Shown here piece by piece: positions 48,327 through 56,971 of a DNA stretch of 64,000 nucleotides. The notes beneath the pieces were generated by a model that had not been told where the DNA came from, searched no databases, and was given only the letters and a program-made list of their open reading frames with translations. The stretch's first letter is position 1. Every line of letters begins with the position of its first letter. Source of the DNA: Thermoanaerobaculia bacterium (GTDB lineage Bacteria; Acidobacteriota; Thermoanaerobaculia; Multivoradales; Multivoraceae); NCBI GenBank assembly GCA_963664405.1, contig OY761158.1:690925-754924 (forward strand). The letters are read 5' to 3'. Made by a program: the position numbers and the translations under genes.

Positions 48327-50582
48327 CTACTCTTTGCGAATGAGCTTACCCAGAGCGACTCGGTCAGAGGCCAGGAGGGCCTCGACACGCTCCTCATCAA
48401 CGTTGGCAACGATGATGTGGCCAACTTCGTCGTGCACTTCTTTGAACAACCCGTGCGTCTTCATCTTCTGGGTCTGATACTGGTTGTCCTCGGTGGGACT
48501 GACGTAATGAACCTGCGCGGCCCGATAGCGATGGATCAGCCAAAGATGTATGAGTGACATCAGTCGCTTCTGCCGCAACGCCGGGTCGAAAGTGTTCTGA
48601 TCGCGAACCGACAGAATCCGCTTGCCCTGGCGATCCTCCATCGGGGCGAAAATGACGTTGGCTACCCCCTCGTTCTCCGGACCAATGACGGTCAACTCCA
48701 GGAGCTCGGCTCCGGCCGTGTGAGGGCGCAGGGCAATCTTGAGATCTGACGGCAGATCGTAGTGCCCGGTCCAGAGACCGAGCCAACCTTCCAGAAGACT
48801 TCTCGGCACTTCCGTCTGCATCACGTGCTGGAACTGCGTCGAGCCCTTCCCCATCGCCTTGGTCGTCGAGGTGCGACCCGACGATGCCATCAGAGCGGCA
48901 TCCAAACGCGGCCCCCCCACCAGAGTCTGGGGAGTGCGATAGGGAGAGTCCACCAGACGAAATTTTCGCTGCAATCGGGCCAAGGCCAGCATCCCGTCTT
49001 CGAGAAGGGCTGTCGCAAACTCCTCACTGGCGAGGCCATCGATCTGATGGCCACCGTAAGTGATGAAGTTGAAAACAAAGCCCAACTTGCCGAGCTCCTC
49101 CGGAAACTGCCGCATTTCCTCGTCGCTCATCCCGGTGGTATCCCAGCTGAAAGACGGTGAAAGATTGTAGGCGAGCATCTTGTCGGGAAACTCCGCATGA
49201 ATCGCCTCCGCGAACACTCTCGCGTCTTCGAGGTCGGCGGTCTTCGTCTCCATCCACAGCAGATCTGAGAACGGAGCCGCCGCCAGCGACTTCGCGGTGG
49301 CCCACTCGATACCACTCCTGACCTGGTAGTAACCCTCGGGGGTTTTCGCCAGGTCACTGCTCCATTCGGTGTCGACGCCCATCGACCCTGCCCGTTCCCC
49401 CGCCTCATACCAAGATGCGCGGCTCGCGAACTCGGTCCAGGCATCCACGCTCATCTCGAAGTCCTCACCATCGGCAGCGCGAGCCGCCATCGCATCGGCA
49501 ACGGCTTGGGCATAGGTGGTCAGCCCGGCGTCCACCTCCCACCGATCGACGAATGCGGTCAGGACACGATCGAGCATCGCGTCGACGCCCATATCGGCGT
49601 CTTGTCGGTAGGCTTCCGCGCTCTCCTCTGCCAGGCTCGAAAGCCCGGTCTTGCTCAGCCAAGCAAAAGCTTGTTCGTATTCGGCATCTGAGATGTCGTA
49701 GAGCAGGTGGCCGCGAATCTCTTCCAGGCCAAGCTCCGCGAGCTTCTTCTGAATTGCGATCGTTACCACGCGATATGCAGGAACGCTTCGGTTGGTCGCT
49801 CCGAGGATGAAGGGTTGGTCACGCTCGTCCGAGCAACCTTCCAAGAGCGTCGCCGCCTCGGCATCGGTACGGGCCACGATAATGCCAGGAACTCCCATGA
49901 TGTCGAGCTGGAGGCGGGCCGCGTTGAGCCGCTTGATCTGCTCGTCGCAGGCAACCAGGACCTTGCCCCCCTGGTGCCCGCATTTCTTTACACCGGGCTT
50001 CTGATCTTCGATGTGGTACCCGGGTACGCCGGCTTCCACAAATCGGCGAATCAAGTTTCTGACATGCGCGTCACCCCCGTGCCCGGTGTCGGCGTCGGCG
50101 ATAATGAACGGGCGGAAGTCGACTTCGGGCGTGCGTCGGCGCTCTTCTTCACTCATGCGCGAGCGTGCGAAGTACTGGTTACGGTCGGCGCTCAACAACG
50201 CTCGCACCAGCGGCGCCGCCTCGTCGGGGACCTGACCCAGTGGGTAGCTTGCTAAATCGGCGCCGGGGTCTTCGCCTTTGGAGCCCTTGGCGGAGGTAGC
50301 CCAGCCTCCTAGATAGATGCCCTCGATCCCGAGTCTTTTCATCGCGACGCCCTGACCCGGCGAGTACGGGCCAAAGGTCGTAATCGACTTCTTCGCCGCG
50401 AAGAGCTCGCGCAGGCGGGCATAAAAGGCCTCGGCTGCGTCTCTGGCGACGACATACTCACTGGGCACTGTGCCCTGCTGCTCCGCGACCTGGCGCGGCG
50501 AATACAAGCGCTCGATGCCTTGAAAACGATCGCGCGCGATCCACTCCCTGGCGGCGTCGAGCTGTTCATCCCATGCGCTCAT
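48327..50582 (-). CDS. aceA: Isocitrate lyase, long (~750 aa) form
   Basis: ICL signature KKCGHQGGK; collinear with the ICL2/AceAb-type long isocitrate lyases. Start taken at MSAWDEQ. Confidence 0.8.
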   Translation of the reverse strand: MSAWDEQLDAAREWIARDRFQGIERLYSPRQVAEQQGTVPSEYVVARDAAEAFYARLRELFAAKKSITTFGPYSPGQGVAMKRLGIEGIYLGGWATSAKGSKGEDPGADLASYPLGQVPDEAAPLVRALLSADRNQYFARSRMSEEERRRTPEVDFRPFIIADADTGHGGDAHVRNLIRRFVEAGVPGYHIEDQKPGVKKCGHQGGKVLVACDEQIKRLNAARLQLDIMGVPGIIVARTDAEAATLLEGCSDERDQPFILGATNRSVPAYRVVTIAIQKKLAELGLEEIRGHLLYDISDAEYEQAFAWLSKTGLSSLAEESAEAYRQDADMGVDAMLDRVLTAFVDRWEVDAGLTTYAQAVADAMAARAADGEDFEMSVDAWTEFASRASWYEAGERAGSMGVDTEWSSDLAKTPEGYYQVRSGIEWATAKSLAAAPFSDLLWMETKTADLEDARVFAEAIHAEFPDKMLAYNLSPSFSWDTTGMSDEEMRQFPEELGKLGFVFNFITYGGHQIDGLASEEFATALLEDGMLALARLQRKFRLVDSPYRTPQTLVGGPRLDAALMASSGRTSTTKAMGKGSTQFQHVMQTEVPRSLLEGWLGLWTGHYDLPSDLKIALRPHTAGAELLELTVIGPENEGVANVIFAPMEDRQGKRILSVRDQNTFDPALRQKRLMSLIHLWLIHRYRAAQVHYVSPTEDNQYQTQKMKTHGLFKEVHDEVGHIIVANVDEERVEALLASDRVALGKLIRKE

Positions 50583-50715
50583 CGTCTCTTCTCCTCCAAC
50601 GGTCATAGGCTGTCTTAATGAAGATACAAAGCGGAGACGCCCTCCATATCAGGCCTCTAGAAAGGGCGACAGCTGCAGATGCGGCAGACCGTACCAAAAA
50701 AGGGGTCGGGAGTCC

Positions 50716-52161
50716 TCAGAAATCCGGCGGCCGCCGAAATCCCCCCATCATCTCTGTCAGATGCCGGGCAAACTCTAGGGTCGTGCGGTCCTCGAGATAG
50801 GGCCCGACCAGCTGCATGCCGACGGGCAGGCCAGCCCCGGTGAGGCCGACGGGAACCACGGTCGACGGCAGGTAGGCCACCCCTACCAGGCCCATCCACT
50901 TCATCTGTTCGCCATAAGGTCGTGACTCTCCGTCAACGACGATCGTGCGCAAGCTCATCGCCTCGGTGTGATCGTGGGGGATGGCCGGCACCGGAGAGAC
51001 CGGCATCAAGACGACATCCCAATCGGCAAAGAAGTCGAACCATTTGCGACGTAGCTGCAGACGGCGCTCGTTGGCCGACAGCCAACCCCGATGCCTCAGG
51101 GTCGCGCCCTCGACAAAAGCCTCGCCGCCGCCCTGGGCCACTTCAGCGGCCATCTTCTCGATCTGGTCGTGACTGAACCCTCCGCACTGAGCCGCACCGA
51201 GTAACTGGGCGAAGACCCGGCCCGAATAAGAAAACTCGAAGTCCGGACGCGCTTCCCAGGACACTCTCGCTCCCGCCTCCTCGACCGCCCTCGCCGCGCC
51301 GTGGAGCAGATCGCGCGACTCGACCGAGAGGGGGCAAAAGGAGTCATCGACCCACACCGCGACCCGAAAGTCCTCGATACGTTTTTGGCGCGGCTCCGGC
51401 AAAGCCAGCTGCCAGCCGACGCTCTCCCACGCATCGGGACCGGCGAGGAGATTCAGGCCAAGCTCCAGATCCTCCACGGTGCGAGCCAGAGGTCCGGCAA
51501 CCGCGATATCCGCCTGAGTGAGAGTTCCTGGTGGGCCGGGAATCTGCCCCTGCGCTGGCACGATCCGGTATGAAGGCTTGTGCCCCATCACGCCGCAGGA
51601 GTGCGCCGGATTTCGGATCGATCCTCCGATATCACTGCCGAGCTCGAGTGGCGTAAAACCGGCGGCCAGAGCCCCAGCAGAGCCTCCCGAAGAACCGCCC
51701 ACAGTACGGCTCGCGTCCCAGGGGTTGTTCGACTGTCCGAAGACTTCGTTGTAACTCTGCACATCGCCGGCGTAGAGAGGCAGGTTGGTCTTGCCGAAAA
51801 CAACCGCGCCCGCCGCGCGCAATCGAGCCACTGGCACCGCGTCGACCTCCGGAACATAGCTCGCGAGCTCGGGAGCGCCCGAGGTGGTGCGCATGCCGGC
51901 AGTGCTGAAAGAGTCCTTGATGGTCATTGGAACGCCGTGCAATGGGCCTAGCACCGCGCCGCTCGCTACGGCCTCGTCCGCGGCCCGAGCCTGCTCACGA
52001 GCGCGCTCGGCGTCGACTGTCACCACCAGGTTCAGTGGCTCGTTTCGATTCTTCACCCGCCCGAGGAAGGCCTCGAGAAGCTCCAGGCTGGAAACCTCCC
52101 GATCGCGGATGGCCGCGGCGAGACGAGTCGCAGATAGATAGAAAGGGTCGCTCAACGACAT
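50716..52161 (-). CDS. Amidase (amidase-signature family)
   Basis: Start at MSLSDPFY; AS motif GGSSGGSAGALAAG and Ser-cisSer-Lys region (..KDSFSTAG..); 481 aa. Confidence 0.8.
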   Translation of the reverse strand: MSLSDPFYLSATRLAAAIRDREVSSLELLEAFLGRVKNRNEPLNLVVTVDAERAREQARAADEAVASGAVLGPLHGVPMTIKDSFSTAGMRTTSGAPELASYVPEVDAVPVARLRAAGAVVFGKTNLPLYAGDVQSYNEVFGQSNNPWDASRTVGGSSGGSAGALAAGFTPLELGSDIGGSIRNPAHSCGVMGHKPSYRIVPAQGQIPGPPGTLTQADIAVAGPLARTVEDLELGLNLLAGPDAWESVGWQLALPEPRQKRIEDFRVAVWVDDSFCPLSVESRDLLHGAARAVEEAGARVSWEARPDFEFSYSGRVFAQLLGAAQCGGFSHDQIEKMAAEVAQGGGEAFVEGATLRHRGWLSANERRLQLRRKWFDFFADWDVVLMPVSPVPAIPHDHTEAMSLRTIVVDGESRPYGEQMKWMGLVGVAYLPSTVVPVGLTGAGLPVGMQLVGPYLEDRTTLEFARHLTEMMGGFRRPPDF

Positions 52162-52190
52162 AGTCTGTCCTCCGAGTGATGGCAGGAGAC

Positions 52191-52676
52191 CTACTCCTCC
52201 GGCTCTTCGAAATTCTCCACCATGTATTCGTAATATGGACCCTTCAGGAATCCATGGAAGACCTCGTGGACCAGCGACACACCCTTCTTGACCGCATACT
52301 CCCAATCATCTCTGAGAACCCGGAGTGAAACCGACACGCTACCCCTCCGGCTCGAGCACAGAAGCTCCACTCGCCCGGGGTCGATTCGCCGATGCTCGGG
52401 CAAATCCTCACTGCTGCGCTGGCTGAAAAAGTCCCTGAGGGCACGATCCATCACCGAGCGGTAGGGAATATTAGGAAGCAGGTCCTGAAACACCAGGGTC
52501 TTACGCACCGGATCGACGCGAAGCCTAAAAGTCGCTTCATGCAGCCATCGGAAGCGAAACTCTTCCGTGCCCCGTGATGACGGGCGCCGCACGAAACCGC
52601 GGAACACACCCCGATCGGCATAACTCTGCAAGGTCTCGGCGACTTTGTCTGCGCTCCGCGTTGAGGTCCTGTTCAA
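52191..52676 (-). CDS. Hypothetical protein (no recognisable domain), upstream of and co-oriented with the amidase
   Basis: 161 aa; 29-bp gap to the amidase start; coding-like composition. Confidence 0.4.
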   Translation of the reverse strand: MNRTSTRSADKVAETLQSYADRGVFRGFVRRPSSRGTEEFRFRWLHEATFRLRVDPVRKTLVFQDLLPNIPYRSVMDRALRDFFSQRSSEDLPEHRRIDPGRVELLCSSRRGSVSVSLRVLRDDWEYAVKKGVSLVHEVFHGFLKGPYYEYMVENFEEPEE

Positions 52677-52899
52677 TCGGCGACTCCGGCCAGTCCGGTA
52701 ACTCTAGTGGGCCGTAGTAGGACACTAGACTATCGCTGCGGCTACTCTTTGAGAAGAATCAGTCCCACTTCAGTGTCGCGACCGTCATCGAAGCGGACAG
52801 TCTCGAGCTCGAGACCTCGGTTGGCGATGTCTAGAAGAGCCAGCTCGAAGCAATGACGACGGCCGTTGCGACAGCGACGCGAGCACGGGCATTCAACTC

Positions 52900-53102
52900 G
52901 TGAGCGACCCTCGGTCCGCCTAGCCTGGACTATTCATGAGGTCCGTAGCGAGGTGCCGCAGATGCCCGAAGATACAAGGCGTCGCGACCGAGAGCACCGC
53001 AGGCGTATTGGGCAATACGTCGAGGGGCGCGACAGAGCGCAACGCAGTAGATTCGGGCAGCTGCGGCACCGTAGTAGGAGCTTCATGAATAATCCAGGCT
53101 AG
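52900..53102. mobile_element. MITE-like palindromic element, copy 4 (divergent variant)
   Basis: TIR ctagcctggactattcatgag / cttcatgaataatccaggctag. Core gcaggcgtattgggcaatacgtcgagg is homologous to the other copies with compensatory changes in the central hairpin. The right terminal CTAG contains the stop codon of the GT39 gene. Confidence 0.6.
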
Positions 53103-54754
53103 GCCCCCACCCGGTAAAGCAGAAAGAGCCTCCAGGGATCATGAACTCGATGGATCAGCTCGAGGCGGCGCGCCTCGGCGGGAGAGGCCTCTTCGATACT
53201 CCGTAGCTCTCGGGCGGAGAGCACGACAAAGGATCCAACAGCCGGTAGCGGCCCTCCTGGATGAAAGGTCCTCACCGGGCGATCGAGATAGAAGTAGAGC
53301 GAAGAGCTCTTGCCTACGACATCCGCTACGCCAAACGCCCAAACCGTTGCGCCCTCGGGTAGGTGGGCGTCCAGCGACTTCGCCGCCGACTCCAAGACAC
53401 GGAATCGGGCCCGATGTGGGCGAAATGCCCAGTTCTCGGCCGTCCACGAGCACAGTGCACCGACGAGCAAGACATAGGCGATCCGATAGCGCGGCCGATC
53501 GCGATGAAGCCACTCGACGACAGCGAATGAGGTGATCCCGACAACCAACAGCAAGACTCGGGAGGGGGCAGAGAATGTAGGCCCTAGAGCCAGAGTCATC
53601 ACTAGGATCGCGAATACGAGGCCCAAGCCGTGAAAGAAGCGCGAAGCACGCTTCGTCGGCTGGGCCAGTCGCTCCAAAGCGTGGGCGCTGACAATCCCTG
53701 CCGCAACACTCAACGGCAAGTAGTAGCGACTCTCGTCAGTGGGCACCGCCATGAAGACGAGAGTGCCGCCGACAAGAAACGCCCAGGCGGCCCGCTGCAG
53801 GCGTTCCTCGGGTCCCGCGGGGGCCACCCTCCAACTCGAGCCAGGAGAGCTCCAGAACCAGCAGAGGCTCCAAGGAACGAACGCGGCAAGAATGACCAGG
53901 GGCTTGGTGAAAGTCCGGCTGACGGTCTCGAGGGTCCATTCGAGGCCCCGCTTACGAGCCTCGTCCAGAGGCTGATCAAAGGCCGCCGACCCGACCGAGC
54001 TCCAGAGCAGCGCGAGATAAGCTCCGATGAGAACCGCAAACAGGGCGACGCCGGCAAGGTGTCCGCGACGGGTGAGCTGGCGAGTTTGGCGAGAGAAGAT
54101 CGCAGCGCCCAAGAGTCCTGGCCCGAAGGCCATGAGCGCCAACATGCCCTTGGCAAGAAATGCCGCAGCGAGGGCGAGATAGGCGAGGAGCCAAATCCAG
54201 GTGGAGGGCTTTGCTCGCTCGGCCGCCAGGTTGTAGCAGGCAGCCGCAACCGCGATACCCACCAGAGAGGCCAGCACGGTGTCGAACTCACCGAGGTTCA
54301 CTTTCTGGTTCCACAGCAGCCCGGTAGTGGCGGCGAGGGCGGCGAAAAGGCCCAGTCGAGGTTTAGTCACGCGACCGATGAGCACCAGCACTACCAAGCC
54401 CATGACTACAGTCGAGACAGCACCTGGAAGACGCACCGCCAACTCGGTCGGCCCGAAGAGCCCAATCGACAACGCAGCCAGCCAGTAAACCAACGGAGGT
54501 TTGTAGGTGTAGAGCTCGCCATAGAGCTCAGGGAGGAGGAGATCGCCGTTCTCGAGCATGTTCTCGGCTGCGTACGCGACCATGCCCTCCATGCTCACCA
54601 GACCGGTGGAGCCCAGCCCGGAGAGAGTCACCAACAGTGCGATGGTCAAATAGAAAGCGGCGGCGCCCGGCCACGAGTCCAGCGAGCTGAGAGAAGAACG
54701 ATCCATTGCAGAGCTGTCCCGGCCTTCGAGCCCCCCCTCCCCGCTAACCGACAT
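53099..54754 (-). CDS. GT39/GT83-type membrane glycosyltransferase (ArnT/PMT family, polyprenol-phosphate-sugar dependent)
   Basis: YTYKPPLVYWL motif and ~11–13 TM helices. Start placed at MSVSGEG (1-nt overlap with the stop of the upstream gene); the ORF extends to 54844. Confidence 0.65.
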   Translation of the reverse strand: MSVSGEGGLEGRDSSAMDRSSLSSLDSWPGAAAFYLTIALLVTLSGLGSTGLVSMEGMVAYAAENMLENGDLLLPELYGELYTYKPPLVYWLAALSIGLFGPTELAVRLPGAVSTVVMGLVVLVLIGRVTKPRLGLFAALAATTGLLWNQKVNLGEFDTVLASLVGIAVAAACYNLAAERAKPSTWIWLLAYLALAAAFLAKGMLALMAFGPGLLGAAIFSRQTRQLTRRGHLAGVALFAVLIGAYLALLWSSVGSAAFDQPLDEARKRGLEWTLETVSRTFTKPLVILAAFVPWSLCWFWSSPGSSWRVAPAGPEERLQRAAWAFLVGGTLVFMAVPTDESRYYLPLSVAAGIVSAHALERLAQPTKRASRFFHGLGLVFAILVMTLALGPTFSAPSRVLLLVVGITSFAVVEWLHRDRPRYRIAYVLLVGALCSWTAENWAFRPHRARFRVLESAAKSLDAHLPEGATVWAFGVADVVGKSSSLYFYLDRPVRTFHPGGPLPAVGSFVVLSARELRSIEEASPAEARRLELIHRVHDPWRLFLLYRVGA

Positions 54755-55656
54755 CAGCCTGCCCGGTGGCTCTGAGGCGGAGAGATCTGGATGAAGTTCG
54801 CGAGAACAGCTTTCGAAACTTGTCCCTCCCGATCCCTCAGCCAATAAGCTTCCAGAATCGTGGGAGTTACTCGTACCTCCCGCGGTACCTGAGCCAATAC
54901 CGCCGGAGGCACCGGCTCGTCGTCCGCAAGCTCGAGAAGTAGTGTCAAGCCGCTCTCGAGAATCTTGACTTCTTGCTCACCGTGGCGGCTCCGCCACCGA
55001 ACCGCGTGGACGGTGCTTCCGAGCTCTTGCTCCTGGCGCACGCGTGTTGGCGGAGTCCCACCCAGATAAGGGCGGAGTGTCTGGGTTACCTGGCCCGCCA
55101 AATCCGAGAGCTCCTCCACTCCATCGCCATCCTGAGCCTCCGCCAGATCCTCGAAATGGAAGAGCGCATTGCCCCGCGCATCGAGAAATCGCACGATCTC
55201 AGCGCCATCCGACGCTGCGCCACTCACTCTGTAGGCCAAGATCCGGACTCGCTCGACACGCGGTTCCGGAGCCGAAGAGTCGGAGAGAAGGGACTCTCGA
55301 AGGCTCTCGGGCAAGACACTCACCCGCGCGGGCGACGAGAGCCAGAGAAGTGTTCCCTCCGCGGTCACCTCGCCGCGGTAAGTCTGCCCGGGTCTCGACG
55401 CCTCGAAACGGTGGATCCCATCCGTGGAGGTCGGATCGACGTCCAGCACCACGGCGTCTGAGGGGAGGAACCTGGCGAGAGTGTCGTAAGCGGCCGGCAC
55501 CGGCCTGGCCTGGTCTCTCTCGACACGGTGGGCTAGCAGGGCAACCGCCGGGGGGACGAGCAACACCGTGGCGAGTCGCCGCAGAAAGCCCGCTCGCCGC
55601 CTTTTCTGCGCTTCCTGGAGCGCCTCACTGGTCATCAAATTCGCTTGCATCTCCAA
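54754..55656 (-). CDS. Hypothetical membrane-anchored protein, translationally coupled to the GT39-type glycosyltransferase
   Basis: 300 aa; N-terminal TM (LATVLLVPPAVALLA); no recognisable domain. Confidence 0.45.
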   Translation of the reverse strand: MEMQANLMTSEALQEAQKRRRAGFLRRLATVLLVPPAVALLAHRVERDQARPVPAAYDTLARFLPSDAVVLDVDPTSTDGIHRFEASRPGQTYRGEVTAEGTLLWLSSPARVSVLPESLRESLLSDSSAPEPRVERVRILAYRVSGAASDGAEIVRFLDARGNALFHFEDLAEAQDGDGVEELSDLAGQVTQTLRPYLGGTPPTRVRQEQELGSTVHAVRWRSRHGEQEVKILESGLTLLLELADDEPVPPAVLAQVPREVRVTPTILEAYWLRDREGQVSKAVLANFIQISPPQSHRAG

Positions 55657-56565
55657 CCGGGCTGCAGAGCCATCGACAGGGACCGTGCGCGGAAGACGGT
55701 CGATCCCTTCGCTCTCTTACACTATCGTCTCCAGTTCAGGAACGGCGCCCTGTGTGCGAGCGAACGGAGGAGGCGATTTCGGAGGAGCTTCCGAGAATGA
55801 CGGCATACGAGTCGCCGCGGAGAAACCCGATCGCTGACGCTGCGGTGAAGGTCGGGCGACGCACCACGACGGCCAGACAGCCCTCGCCCCCTCGACCGCG
55901 CGATACGATCGGACGCGCCGAATAGAGAAACGTGATCCCGATCCGATGACGCGGTCTGATGACGGTCGAACAAGTCCTGGACAGCTATCTCGAAGGCAAG
56001 GGTCTCAGTCGGTCAGACAAGTGGGTGTGCTTCCTGATCGGCGGCCTGCGCATTCCCTACTTCCCCAGATATCCGCTCCGCCACTTTCTGACGATTCACG
56101 ATGTTCACCACGTCATCACCGGCTCCTGATCAGTCCGGTCGGTGTCCGAACTGCGCTCTCAACCGGAGCCAGGCAGCACAATCTGTACTCCTTCGAGGTG
56201 AATGAAGTACTGGAGATGGACTACGAAGCTGCGTTTGCCTATGTGACCCGAGGTGAGAAGTGGACGAAGCCGGAGCACAACACGAATAGCTAATCGGACT
56301 CGATCGAGGGCGAGCTACCCCTCAGTGGTAGTACGCCATGCAGCGCCATGGAGTAAGTGACTTTATATCAACCATTTGCGAATCCTCATCTCAATTGTGT
56401 CAGCACTATGTCAGCACAACTCCCCGCTTCGACGCGACTGACTGATTACAAGTCCCTCTTAGGGGCTGACTCAGCAGTACTCCTAGACACTAAAATACTC
56501 AATCTAAAAGGGTTTATTGGATTTCTTGGTTTCTCGAGATAGGCCGAGATCGGGACAGTTTTGCG

Positions 56566-56640
56566 GAGTTGGTGAACAAACGGTGAACAAGCTCTCATCA
56601 AGGGGCTGTCTGGCTGAGTTGGTGAGCAGGAGGTGAGTAG
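56566..56640. repeat. Two imperfect ~25-bp direct repeats spaced 50 bp apart in a GC-poorer non-coding island
   Basis: gagttggtgaacaaacggtgaacaag (56566..56591) and gagttggtgagcaggaggtgagtag (56616..56640). Confidence 0.5.
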
Positions 56641-56971
56641 CTCGTCGGGTAGGGGATCAGCGAACGGCTTCAGATCGGTGCCATCCAGGGGCGGGCTCCC
56701 GCAGAGGTCGAAACGACGCCGGTGCTGAGAGGTCAGGTGTCGCACCCACGCACATATCGCGACAAACTGTCGCCTTTCACCCGCGGGCCACCACGACTGA
56801 CCTGCTCCCCATTCTGGTACCACAGATCATGACAATTCATCGGCCACCGGCACAGCAGCGCCCGTAAGTTCCAGCCACTCCACATCGAAGGGGCAGCCAA
56901 CACGGTGGCGTCATCGTCTATGAACAGCAGATGCCCCGTAGGGCTGTACAGCTTGTGCAATCAGGGGTGTG

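Noticed and set aside
52735-52900. Cys-rich reverse-strand reading frame (..CPCSRRCRNGRRHCFELALLDIANRGLELETVRFDDGRDTEVGLILLKE*), resembling a small metal-binding protein
   Set aside because: No ATG/GTG/TTG start between the upstream in-frame stop and the Cys cluster. It abuts the terminus of MITE-like copy 4, so it is likely non-coding.
56590-56660. tmRNA-like 5' sequence (ggggctgtctggctgagttggtg) in the GC-poor island
   Set aside because: Does not continue into the conserved tmRNA 5' helix, and no tRNA-like 3' end (TΨC arm/CCA) was found nearby; other housekeeping RNAs (RNase P, SRP, 6S) were also not recognised.
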